The notes under the pieces: generated by a model | What the model saw: only the letters and a program-made list of their open reading frames with translations | Database searches by the model: none | Told to the model about the DNA's origin: nothing | In this document: positions 12,256 through 24,971 of the stretch, piece after piece | Layout: every line of letters starts with the position of its first letter | Position numbering within the stretch: position 1 is the stretch's first letter | Assembly: GCA_000165425.1 (NCBI GenBank) | Contig: CT868563.1 | Coordinates: 372,001 to 425,387, forward strand | Source: Paramecium tetraurelia | Lineage: Eukaryota | Length of the DNA stretch: 53,387 bases | Direction: 5' to 3' | Program-made: the position numbers and the translations under genes

Positions 12256-15172
12256 ATGAAATTAGTTTGCCGTTTAAGACCATAGCCCAATAACACATCT
12301 TAAAGTACTGTAAACTCTAAAAAGGATGTGCGTACAAATATCTTTGCAGGTGTGCTATCTAATGAAAGTATGTTTTGAACCATAATAAGCACCCCAGACT
12401 CTTGTTGTAAGTTCGCGTAATGCAATATCACAGAAACTGATCTTTGAGTATTTAAAGAATGATTCGGATATAATGAAACAACGATAATAGATAATAGAGA
12501 ATTCTGATCTCTTCCAATTTGATTAAGTATTTGGTGAAAAGGCCAATCAATAATTGATTTATGATTAAGTGCTGGCAACTAAAGTAAATAATCTGATCAC
12601 TGGTTCATCGGGCTCCTTGATTCTATTGGGAGGACCTGAGAGTGGCAAAAAGTATACTCTCAAAGGCGAGGAGAGAGGCTAAGAGAAGGGTTTAGCTGTG
12701 TTCATAGTAGAAAACATACTCAATTTGATTGAGAGTTCAAAGTAGTTAAGAGGGAAGGGAAAATTAAACGTTTCAATATCATTGGTAAATAACCTCGAGA
12801 CCATAGATTTAGTAGGTTCATCTAGAAGTTAAACAGTTAAATTTTCATAAATTAAGGGTGCAAGTGAATTCAAAAAAATGCTTAATTAGAGTTTATTTTA
12901 ATATAAGTAATATGTCAAAGAACATCCAGAGACTAAAAGCAATCATATTTTTATTAAATATTTAATTGAGTAGGATAAATAGGAGGTAGCTTAATTACAT
13001 TTGGTACTTTTCAACGAATTTCGTAGAGTTACTTAGGATGCTAAAGATTTTCAAGGGAAATTGAAATAATTGCTAGTATCTTAGTAGGATTTCTAAGAAA
13101 AAGAGTTGGATAGCAAATCGTTGCTGTAACTCTATTTATCTTTGAGAGAAACTAAATTCAATAACATCACTGTTTTATTTTGTGTTTCATAAGTTTAACA
13201 GGATCATATCACTGCTTATATGACCTTGTAATTTGCTGAAGATTTAAGATAGACAATAAAACCTTAAACTTAAAGAATAGCCTTGTCACAATTGGAGAAT
13301 CAATCAATAAAGTCAAAATCACAATAGGGAAGAGAGAATTTGACTTAGTAATTTGGATCAAAAGGATCTCTGGAGGAAAAGTTTGATTAGCCATCAAGGA
13401 TTGTAAGACCAGGAGGATCAGATTATTTAATTAGATTTGGATCTGATTAGAATTTGAGGCCAGGATCAGACTAAACTGTTTTGCATTAATCAAAAATATA
13501 TAGTACAATAGACAGATAGCCGAGTAGATAAGAGGCGAATTTTTCGAAGCAATTCCAAGAACTCAAGGAGTTGTTAAAGGAGAAGGAAGTGATGGAAGAT
13601 TGCAAGTAATTATAAATGAATATAGTTATTAGAGTGTAGAGGTTTGAGAAGGAACTAAAGAATTTGTACGAGGAGAATTCGAGATTGCAGAGTAAGGTTT
13701 ATCAATAAGAGGATTCAATAAGATAGAGGGATCTGTTAATTTAATAGTTGGAATAACATATGGACGATAATAAAAAGCAGATGGAAGTCGAACATCAAAT
13801 GTTTACTTAGGCAAAGTAGAAGGAGAATATATATGAGCAAAATCAAGAGGAATTGAATGAAGCAGTAGCACAATTGAATCAGTAATTGAGATATTGTAAT
13901 GATGAATCCTAATTATAAAAATAAAAGATAAGGGTACTGGAGAATGATATTGAAATGTTGAAAGAACAAGAGTTTAAGAATGTGAAACATTATGAAAAGA
14001 GAGAAGATGAATTTATGGGTCTGATTTAGTAGGAATAGGAGCGTAACAAACAACTGTATCAAGAGTTGGATTATTTCGCTATTGAACTCAAGAATAGAGA
14101 ATAATAATTGTCAGCCAGTGATGAAAATATTAAGACTTTGAATAAGGTGATTGAAGAATAATCCAAGAGGATAGAGGAGGAGAAGTAGAAGAACAAAGAG
14201 TTGTGTGAGAGCGTTAACAGTCATAAATAAAAATAAGAAGAGGCTGTTAGAGATATAAATTAAATTGAATAGAGATTCACTAGATTGAAGGCAAAATTGG
14301 AAACTGAGAATCAGCAATTAAAATAGGATAAGGAAAAATATCTATAAAAGTATAAGGAGAAATTAAAAAAATATAAAAGTCAGTTGAATTAGTTTGAATA
14401 AGAGAATGGATAAATGAAGATGGAAAGAGTGAAATTGTAGACAGAAAATGATTAATTGTATGGAATCTCGAAACAATTAGAGACATAATTGGGTAGAGTG
14501 CATAGTGAAACGACAGAGAGAATAGGTGGTTCATATGATGCATATGAATAGGATAAAATCAGACAACAAAATTTCCAGTTAAGTTCACAACTAAAATAAG
14601 CAGACTATGAAGTAAATCTAATTTAGTATATTTTTTAGATTAAATAATTATCACTTTAACTTAACAATGCTATTTAGTAGTTGGAACAAACTAATGTTGA
14701 ATATGATCATGTTTTGCAGGAGAATTAGAAATTACAAAAATTATTGGATGACAAATAGTCTGAAGCCAAGAAAAATGAGTTTATGATTGAAAAAGTTGTG
14801 GAACTTAGTGATAAACAATTGGATGACTTAGAATCGAAGTTCAACAAGTTAACAGCTTAAATTAATTCATTACAACATGAGAAGAAATCATTATAATCTG
14901 AGAATCAGAATTTGAAGAATCAATTAGAATAGATGGATGGGAATGATCTAGTCTTGGAGAAGAGAATAGTGAAATTAAGAAAGGAGAATAAAGATCTAAG
15001 TAATTAAATCAAATAGTTAAACTAAAACATGAAAGAAATGATAGTTGAAAAACACTCTGAAATGAGAAATACATCCTTACGTTAAAGTAGATATAGTAAC
15101 AAATTGTTAAGTCAGAATTAATCATATAGATCATAGAGATTAATGGATTATGAAGATGATGATGTTATTTGA
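12256..15172 (+). CDS. Divergent kinesin-like protein (degenerate motor domain plus long coiled coil)
   Basis: MKLVCRLRP, FQFDQVFGEKANQQLIYD and P-loop-like LGGPESGKKYTLKG, followed by several hundred residues of E/Q/K heptad coiled coil. TGA at 15170-15172. Confidence 0.8.
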
Positions 15173-15209
15173 TTTACTTATGTTTTTATGTATCAATATA
15201 TATGATAAT

Positions 15210-15948
15210 TCAATAATTTCTACTTTATCCCACTCTTTGTTAGGATGTACGAACATCTTGATTTTATTTCTCCAATCTCTTTTGTTCTTCTTGTAAATCT
15301 TATAATTATCTTTATGATTATGAATAATCTCTTTCTAATTACTGGAATCTCTTCTACCAGGTTTCTATTTCATTCGAGTAATGGACTGTTCTTTCCTAGA
15401 TTTGTATTTCAATTGATTCCTATTATTGGTGAATTTGATTCTCCAATTCAGAAATCTCTCTATCTCTATCCTAAATCATCTGTTGCAATTAGGCTTTCTT
15501 CGATTCCAATTCCCTTAATCTGGTATCATCAATAACTTCAATGGCATCTGGTTCAGTAGGGCCTGGTCCCTTTCTCAATTGAATTTGCAATTCCAAAATC
15601 TGTCTCTCTAGAGTTGCACACTTTAATCTCCAGGGAGCTTCGATTTCTATTGGAATAATTTAGATTGTTACCGTCCATATTTATGACTTAAGTGGGTTTC
15701 TCTTAATAGACAGTAGGTAACACATTGGGTTTCGTTTATATAGTTTAGGGCACATAATTGACTTGGGGTGGAAGTGGAAATTATGGTTAGAATTGCAATG
15801 GCTGTTAAACAATTGGTTAGGTTGGTGGTTGCATGGGATAAGCCTATCTTTGACCGATAACTGGCTAATTAGTATTGGGTAGTATGATATTATATTGATT
15901 TTGATTGGGTTGTTGGAAGAATGCTGGATTTCGATTATCGTTGATCAT
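15210..15948 (-). CDS. Hypothetical Q/P-rich protein
   Basis: ATG at 15948 (MINDNRNPAFFQQP...). C-terminus DYSQSQRQLQDLQEEQKRLEKQNQDVRTSQQRVGQSRNY, TGA at 15210-15212. Confidence 0.6.
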
Positions 15949-16026
15949 TTGAGAGTATTGGCTTAATATATTATTACAAATATATAATTAAATAAATCTT
16001 CTATGAGTATTCATTTTTAGTATATT

Positions 16027-16865
16027 TCATATATCCGCACAACAATTATTACACTAAGCCTTCTTTTGATTAGTTTAGTTTTGCTCGCCATAATATTCTA
16101 TAAATTCTTCACTATTTGAATTATTCATCTATTAGTGCTGTTATTTGATTACCTTTTGTTAATTATATTTATTGGTTATGGCCTGTTGACTTACAATTTT
16201 ACTAGTTGACATGGAACTGTTGGCATTATTTACATATTTGATGCCATATTATTCATTTACTAGTTTGGGGTCCTCCATGGCCATCTAGTAGATTTGATGA
16301 GCCAATTCCATGAATGCATTTTCTACATTGGATCCTTGCAAGGCTGAACATTCAGTATAGAGACATTCGTTTTCTTTGGCATATTGGGCTGCTTCGTAGG
16401 ATTCTACTTCTCTATGACTCTGAAGGTCGGTCTTGTTGCCAATAAGTAGAAATTTCATCCTACTGTTGCCGTTGTCAAGTGCCTCACGATGCCAGTTACG
16501 GATGTTTTCAAAGGTCTCTCGTCTTGTAATGTCATAAACCATGATTGCACCTGCTGCTGCTCTGTAATACAAACGTGTCACACTCTTGAAACTCTCTTGT
16601 CCAGACTTTTCATTAAGGATCTTTTTACTGTATCCCACATCTGCAATTTAATGACATGATCATTCACTTAGATATATTTGATATTGAATTCAACTCCAAT
16701 AGTCAAATTATAGTCATCACAAAAACGCTTCTCCACAAATTACTTAAGTAGCGATGTCTTACCAACAGCTACGAAATTCAGTGTATCATAAATACCAATA
16801 TCTCCAATTAAAATAAATTTGAATAACAGACTTGCTTCATTCTCATCAATATTATTTTAAAACAT
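16027..16865 (-). CDS. Rab GTPase (Rab2/4/14-like) with extended C-terminus
   Basis: LFKFILIGDIAVGKTS, TIGVEF, LQMWDTSGQESFKSVTRLYYR, GNKTDL, ECSA. C-terminal CNNCCADI prenylation motif; two introns. Confidence 0.93.
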
Positions 16866-16951
16866 TATTATTATTCAAACATTGAATTTGAATTATCACT
16901 CTCTATATTCAAAAGGTGTAGGTATAAATATATATAAATGTATAAAAGCTA

Positions 16952-18911
16952 TCATTATTAAGGGTTAGGATCTGATGAAGGAGCTTGTTTGACAAAATTA
17001 TTTAAAAATCCTTACTAAGCCAACCCTTATCCGAAGGCTTGAGTGGCAATTCCAAACTTGACTGATTGTTGATTTGCTTAAACGTCTTGGATCATCGATT
17101 TATACTGTTATTGCTATTAGTCTGTCAATTCAACTTGGAGTTATGGAAATACATTTTGCATAGGTTATGACATTTGAATGTTATTCTTTTGATCTAAATG
17201 AATAGATAGACAACTATATTTACATGAAGGAGGCTTTGGAGGAATCTTCATCAATTCCATATACTCTACTAATTAATCTGGCAATTCAGCCAACACTTCT
17301 TTAGATAAAAGAGCTGGATCATTTTTGAATTCATTAAATGGAACAAATTGCACTAAATCTCTTATGGCCTTGAACCCTTTGCTATTTACCATGCTCTTGT
17401 CATCATTGTCAAGAATGTTCATCTTCTTGAAATCTGCATTGCCTATCCCTACAATGATTATAGATAATGGTAAATGAGAAGATGCTACAACATCATCTAT
17501 CGATGCTTGTAAGTCATCAGTTTGACCATCTGTTAGAATCATTAAAATCAAGTAGTTCTCACTACCTTTATCCTTAACTTCTTAAGCCATCTCCATAGCC
17601 TTTGCCAACACTGGATGAATGTATGTTGGACCATCTAATTGCATCTTCTAAACCGCATTCTTATAGACTTAGACTATGCCATCTAATCCATACACTCTAA
17701 AGGAATTAATAGAATAATTACTCTGGATCATCTGGGTTGTCATTCAAAGGAAAGATGTGCAACGTTTGATTTGTATTCAGTACATTGAATTTTGGCTTGC
17801 ATCCAAAACCATACACTGGCACCTTCTTGTCGTAATCGTAATTAATTAAGATTTCCACTACACTTGTGATTGCTTATAAATATTAACTGGGATTCCCATT
17901 CTCTGTCATATAATGCAATGAATTCTTTTCTTTTGGGTTACCATTCGATGCTGTAAAATCAATAGCGAGTATCAAATTCAATTATTAGCCACCTTGACGA
18001 TAATCTAAGAAAGTATGTTTCTATTTTAAAATGAAATTGTCGAAGTTTATTGTTCCTGCAGGGGAATTGTTCTTTTACTTATTTCTAAATTCCTTTAAAA
18101 AGGGTTTATTCTATAGGAAAGCATCTCTGAGTTCTTCAATGCAAAAGGAAGTTTCTCCCAAATATAGATGTTTTCCTGAGGTTCTATAATCCCAAAGTTC
18201 GACTTTGATGGGCATTTAATAATCTCCATTGCACAGTTTTTATGCTCTACAGGAGATTGGTTTCCAAGTAGGATTTGAGGAGTCTTTTATGAATTCGCTT
18301 TCATAAACCAAAACTGGATTGGTATCATCTTTTCTCAATCTGTAAAATCTCAAGAATGGATTAGCTCCATGCCAAAACCAAAATCTGGTGTCAGGTAAAT
18401 TCTAACCAGAAACTGTGATTTCCACTTCATCATTGCATTGCTTGACTTAATCAGCCTTAACTATAATCTTGCCACTTTTTTTTTTTTATGAATTAAATAG
18501 ATCTGCCATCAAAAGTTGGTCTTTTGATCCAGCTATTTCTGCCACAGTAGTTTCTGCAATTCCTATTATCTATAATTGTTATGTTTCGCAATACTTTTGA
18601 TTGAGTTTGACTAACAAAATGATGCACTTCTAACTTAAGGTGTTATTGTGCTTCAAATTGATATTCAATTTAAAATGAAGTAGCAAAATTTGGATTTAAA
18701 TTATTCCAAATTAATTCCGTTTAACCAATCTTAAGCCCTATATTATTATTTAAAGATCAATACATTTCTTTTAACTATTCAATAAATAAAGAACCACGAA
18801 TGGATCACTCACACTAACTGTATCCAAGTCATCCAATTAACGACAACTAATAAATAATTCCAATTTCTAAATTGATTCCGAAAATTGACATTGCTCTAAT
18901 TGTGTTGACAT
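16952..18911 (-). CDS. Copine (C2-C2-vWA calcium-dependent phospholipid-binding protein)
   Basis: LFISCRQLDDLDTVSVSDPFVV, NNLNPNF, LAIDFTASNG, VYGFG, LDGPTY, ILMILTDG, LPLSIIIVGIG, RDLVQFVPF, VLAELPDQL. TGA at 16952-16954. Confidence 0.95.
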
Positions 18912-19020
18912 TTTAATTTAATTTATATTGAAAAATGAATTGATCAAATTTAATTTATACATTTTAATTAAATGGTAATAATCAGTATAATTTTATAAAT
19001 AACTAAAACTGATTTCTATC

Positions 19021-19110
19021 ATTATAAATATATACGAATTATATAAATATATACGAATTATATAAATAAATCTCAATTATATAAATATAATTAAATCTCA
19101 CTTATATAAA
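19021..19110. repeat. Degenerate ~19-nt tandem repeat (AATTATATAAATATATACG-like, about 5 units) in a divergent intergenic region
   Basis: attataaatatatacg / aattatataaatatatacg / aattatataaataaatctc / aattatataaatataattaaatctc / acttatataaa. Confidence 0.75.
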
Positions 19111-19358
19111 AGTCTATTAAATACTCCACACTACATAAATTGAATTTTCATCTAATTGGTCTCAATTTGAATATGATATAAAAATAACTGAGGCATTTTA
19201 TATATCTTAGAATTAGACTATATTAAGAGGTTGAATGAGGGTTCTATTAGATATAAATTAATCAGAAAATAAATTTAAATTAAATCCATCAGATTGTTTT
19301 CGGAATTCAATCATATATATAGAGATAATTCTAATTATTCTTTAATATATTAATAAAC

Positions 19359-20486
19359 ATGGCAATTCTCTTAACACTGACAATACTCTCGATAGCTTTT
19401 TCACAAAAGAAGACAGCAATTTGTGATATCGAATAATACTTTGAGTTTGAACAAAATGAAAATATTCTTGATCACACAAAAATAAATTAGACTGATATTA
19501 TGCTTACTAATTCCAATATCTATCTATTGGATGAAAACCTGATGGTGCTTAATTCCATTAGAACCCCAGATATCCAAGATTATGAGTGCAATAGAGTGAC
19601 TACTCATCCACTTCATTTAATATTTTTATTAGCTTGCCAATCTCAACAATAAGGTGTCAATCCTATCCTGTTTGCATATAAAGCAAATGGACTCAATAAT
19701 TACGAGTAATTTGGAGATGCAATTTATTTGCCCTCGATAAAGGAGAAGTTTGAAAAGATGACGATTGTGGGTAATAGTTTGCTCATTCCACTGAGTGACA
19801 AAATACTTACTTTCACAACAGTTATTTCAAACACTACATGGTATTTAAAGACTACTTCATATACTATTGATGCGTAATTCTTGAATGTATCCACTCTAAA
19901 CATCACAGGCTTTGATATATATTCATATGCCAAAGACTTCCAAACAAATTTTAGAATCTTAATTTCTGACTTTGAAAGTGGTGTTTATTGGATTGAAGCC
20001 ATTCTGAAATCAAACAATATTGTACCATATAACAGTGGAAAATTCAATCTTAAAAATTTCTATATTCTAAATACTGCCAGATTCAGGTCAGTGGTAATTT
20101 TGAATGCTACTGACAGCAGTACACTTTTTGTTCTATAAACTTATGTTGACGGTAGTTTTATGTTTGAAAACTTATTTACAAATGGTTAAATTTATTTCTA
20201 TTCCACATTAAACAAGTACAAAGATTGGAATCCAATTTCATCTATTAGAAACAATTAGAATGCCATTTTAATCCCATATCAAAATTATCAAAAGGTGGTT
20301 GTCATTAATTTATTCAACATAAGATCCTTGAAGGAGAATGAATTGATGGTTGAACCCAACGATTTGTTAATTTCAGCTTCAATTGATGACTTAATCTTAT
20401 ACTTTATTTCTGAAAATAGATTAGTCTTTAGAAGTGATGTGGATGCTTTGACAAGATGTACACTAATGAATTACTAAGAAGAGTGA
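19359..20486 (+). CDS. Secreted hypothetical protein (375 aa, beta-rich)
   Basis: Intronless 1128-nt ORF. Signal peptide MAILLTLTILSIAFSQ; no C-terminal TM segment seen. Confidence 0.75.
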
Positions 20487-20796
20487 TTGTTATAATGTAT
20501 AATAGCATTTTACAATTATCATTTCAATAAATTAATTTTATTATTATCCTTATTCTCATAGATCTATCTAAATAATTAACCTAGAAATCACTTCCTTAAG
20601 ATTCATCTATAAATTACTACTATTCTGATGTATTCTGTTTGGTTTAATCAATTTATTTTTACTTTGTGTTCAATAATCATTCAAATTAATTTAATGTGAA
20701 AACTTTAAGATTTATGCCTCTGTTTGAAGAAATGCGTCATTCGGACTCTGATAAGTGTTTCCCTTTTAATATATATCTTTTTAATATAAATTAAAT

Positions 20797-23700
20797 ATGT
20801 AAATTTTAAAGAAGTTCACAAATACTAAGTCAACCAAGATAGGACTAATTGTGGCTTTGGGTTTGAGTGGAATTGCTTTGAGCTATCATTTTTATGATAA
20901 AAACAACCGATGTTGCAGATCTGCTATCCAAACCCCATCTCTTCCTTAAAATCCAATTGAAAATTAAAATGAGTTTGGATAGAACAGATTTTTAACATAG
21001 GCAGGGGCCATTCAAAGATGGCGTCAAATCAAGGAAGGAAGTATTTCATACAAAGTGGATTTATTATTGAAAAGAGGTATTCATATAATAATGATAATGT
21101 GTAGGTGAATCATATAGTGGGTTGGTCGCTTTAGATTTTGAAGTAATTGATAATTCGAAAGATTTGTATGTCGATTTCAAAGGAAGTAAAGTTGTTAGCT
21201 TGTATGTTAATGGAAATAAGATTAATGATTTGGATTGGAATGGATTGTTTATCAGAGTACCCAAAGAATTCTTGAATACATCTCAAAAGAATAGAGTGAA
21301 CATCTAATTCGATTAGAATTATGCTAAAGATGGATGTGGATTACATGGCTTTATTGATAAGGATGGCAAACAATACTTGTATAGTTAATGTGAGTCTTAC
21401 TTCACAAATAGATTGTATAAGAATGTATTAATAAATTAGTTTCCCTTGTATGGATCAACCAGATTTGAAGGCCAAATTGAGATTCACAGCAGTGTGTCCA
21501 AAGGAATGGGTAGTAATTTCAAATGAAAATGCTGACCAAAAGGAATAGTTTAATGTTGCTTAGGCAACCAATACCATTACTGCATATCATCCATAAGAAG
21601 TAGTGTAGAGTCAACTCCAAAATTTCGAGAATTCAGATTCATATAATTTTTGGGTGTTTGGTGAAACTATGACATTGCCAACCTATTTGTTTGCATTGGT
21701 GGCAGGGGAATATTGGTCTATAAAATTTTAAGGAGAGGAAGGTGATACACCATAAACTATCTATTGCAGAGAAAGCTTAAAAGAACACATGATGGGTTTA
21801 AAGGATTTCATTTTTGAAGTCACTAAGAAAAGTATGAAATTCTATGAGAATTTCTTTGGAGTCAAATATTAATTCAATAAATACGATTCAGTGTTTGTTA
21901 ATGAGTACAATTGGGGAGCAATGGAAAATCCTGGATGTGTGACCTTTAATGATGTTTATGTTTTTAAAGAGAAGAAGCCAGCAACTAGTTATACATAATT
22001 TGCAAATACAATTGCTCATGAAATGGCACACCATTGGTTTGGAGACTTTGTAACAATGAAGTGGTGGAATGACTTGTGGTTAAATGAAAGTTATGCTGAT
22101 TTCATTTCACACTTTTGTTTGCAAAACATTCAAATTGAATCAATCAAATTATCTAGTATTCCTGTTATGTTCAATTAAAGAAAGGGATGGGGATACAGAG
22201 AAGATTAAATGCTTACCACACATCCAATTGCAGGTGAAGTTATCAATACTGAAGTAGCTGAAAATATTTTTGATGGAATTACATATTCCAAAGGAGCTTC
22301 AGTTATGAAATAATTATTGTGCATTATGGGAGCAGCTAAATTCGGAGAGGCTTGTGGTAATTATTTTAGAAAATTCGGATGGAAGAATGCTGTTTTATAA
22401 GATTTAATTGATCATTTATAAGAGAAATTTGATAATCCAGAATTTACCTTGTCCTATTGGAAGTAACAATGGATTGAAACAGCTGGTATGAATGAAATTG
22501 AACCATAATGGGATTAAACAGATAGAACTCATCAAGCTAAATTAACTATATTTTAAAGACCTGCTTTAAGTTAATTCCCTGCATTGAGAATTCACAAAAT
22601 TAAAATAGGATTATTCCATGATAATGGCCTTGATTCTATTGATGCAGTGCTCCAAGCAACAGAGGAGAACGTTATTACTTATGATGGCAGTAAGGGATAT
22701 AGAGCAGTATTGTTGAATTTTGAAGATTAATCTTTTGTGAAGGTCCTCCTTGATCAAGAGTCCACAAAATACTTCAGTTAAAATTTACATGCAGTCTAAG
22801 ATATCCTAACAAGAACCTTGATTTACAGAGCTCTTTTTGATAGTGTGAGAGACGGTAAAATATGCTCAGAGGAGTATGTTGATTTCCTATTGGCCTAATT
22901 ACCCAGAGAGACTTCAGATGAAATTTTGAATACCCAATTGATGTTTTTATAAGGTGCAATCGGATCTATGACACCAAGAAAGTAATTTATTCTTATTATC
23001 ATCATTATAGATTCAAGAAGATTCTTGGCAAGAGAGTCTTTTCATTCCTTATAGCTGAATTAGTCAAAATCAGTGGAGATGCACAATTAGAAAATAGATT
23101 GATTTTATTAAGAAACAATTTAGTAGCATTTGCATATGATAACTCCTGTGTTGATGAACTCGTAGATTGGTTCTAAGGCTAAAATAATAATCAATTATAA
23201 TAAATTGAATGCACAAAGGATAATAAGTGGGCAATTGTTAAATTAGTTTATGGTTCTAAAAAATATGATGAATAACCTGAATTGAGAGAATAATTACTAC
23301 AAAAGATGTTGGAACTTGATAATTCTGATGCAGCTACCAGAGCCCAATTGAAATGCCAGGCTCTTAAGGCAAATGAATAAGAGAGAGCAGCCCTTTGGTA
23401 AAGGTTCGTTGATCCAGAGAATAAGGAATCAGTGAAATTGATAGCAGAATCAATGGCTGGATTCAATAATGAAAGACGTTATCTTAGTTTGGAACCCTAT
23501 TAGGAAAAGTTCTTTGAAGTCATCGTTCAAATCTTCCAAACTAGAAGCAACGATTTCAGTAAGACCTTCTTTGATTACCTGTTCCCAATCACTGATGATT
23601 TGGCCAGTCTTTGCAATGTATTATTTGTATTTACAATTTTAGAAAATAGAGAAGTTGAGAACTACTGTTCCTGAAAATTTGATCACCCTCAAAATGCAAG

Positions 23701-23804
23701 TGGATAAATCACTTGATTCAATTAAGAGATAAGTGAAATAGTTTGAGTGTTTCTGTAACCAAGCCAAATTAGCCACCCAATAGGTCTTAGAAAATGATGT
23801 ATGA
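20797..23804 (+). CDS. M1-family aminopeptidase N (Streptomyces-type PepN-like) with N-terminal membrane anchor
   Basis: [19 protein letters not shown], zinc motif [49 protein letters not shown]. Four small introns; hydrophobic [16 protein letters not shown] near the N-terminus. Confidence 0.95.
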
Positions 23805-23841
23805 GATATAACAGATACAATAATATTAAAATATAATTAAT

Positions 23842-24718
23842 ATGAATACCTCGTTTGAATAAATAAACAAATCCCCATTGAATCATTCTGTTTCCAAATA
23901 GCTTTACTCTTTCCCAAAAGCCAATCGATTCAAAGAATTCAAGGATACAGCGTAATTCCCCATTACCATATATCTAGATGTCCAAACATTTACACACTCC
24001 CAAGTATGATGAGCAAACGTGGAGCTGGAATTGGATATGGATAAAAGTCAGACTTGATCTCAGAAAGCATTACACCAGGCCCAAATAATTATCAAATTAG
24101 GACTACTCTCAATACAAGCAATGGTTGGACTATGCCTGTCGGCAGAGATGTATTCATCATTTAACATTCCAAAGAAAAGCAATAAATATGAAGGTATCTT
24201 TCTTGGTTTAATTCAAAAAACCCCAGGACCAGGACAATATGAGTTCCATGAATCTAAGTCTCCAATCAAATACTCTATGAGAATGAGGACTGAAAGTCAT
24301 AAGGAAAAAGATAGGAAACCTGGACCGTAAATATATTATTCTACTATTATAAGTGGAGAATACAATTTGCCAGAAGCACTAACTGAAAATGGAAAATATT
24401 AAATTAGCAAGTTTAGAGAGTAAATTTAATTTTAAAACCAATAGTTCTGGTGCAATCATTCTCTCTCCACCCAAAGCCTTGAGTTCTCGTTTCTCTCCTG
24501 CTCATTAACGCACTCCAGGCCCAGGATAATATCAACACAAAGGAGACATCGATCCCTAAGGACTTTATTATTGTTCCAAATTCGCAGACACAAAATCTAC
24601 AGTCTTCACTAAGGCAAAAAGAGAACTAACTAAAATTAGAATGGAATCTCCTGGTCCAGGAGCCTATAAATTACCATCAGAATTCGGGTATTATTCATTA
24701 TAAACTTAGTTTTTATGA
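23842..24718 (+). CDS. ODF3/SHIPPO-1 (PGPGxY repeat) ciliary microtubule-associated protein
   Basis: Repeats TPGPNNY, TPGPGQY, KPGPGEY, TPGPGQY and SPGPGAY; N-terminal YSFPKANRF; four small introns. Confidence 0.85.
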
Positions 24719-24971
24719 AAAATCGATTAAATGAAACTTATATAAATAGTTAATATATATCAACATTATATATATTTTATATCTATTAAATCTACAAAAT
24801 TCCAGATATAACTTCCAATCTTCCACGAAAATGTTAAAAATATGATCAGTAATCTAAATGTGAATTGGACAATCTCACTAGAAGAGGTATTAATTCAAAT
24901 GAAAGAATCAATTAACAATGCAACTACATCATTTATAGGCAATTTCATTACAATAAGTATTTATTATTTAA

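Noticed and set aside
12101..14543. Several minus-strand standard-code ORFs over the kinesin-like gene
   Set aside because: Antisense artefacts; the plus strand carries the coherent code-6 gene.
19021..19110. Possible CRISPR-like array
   Set aside because: Units are adjacent with no unique spacers, the context is eukaryotic and there are no cas genes.
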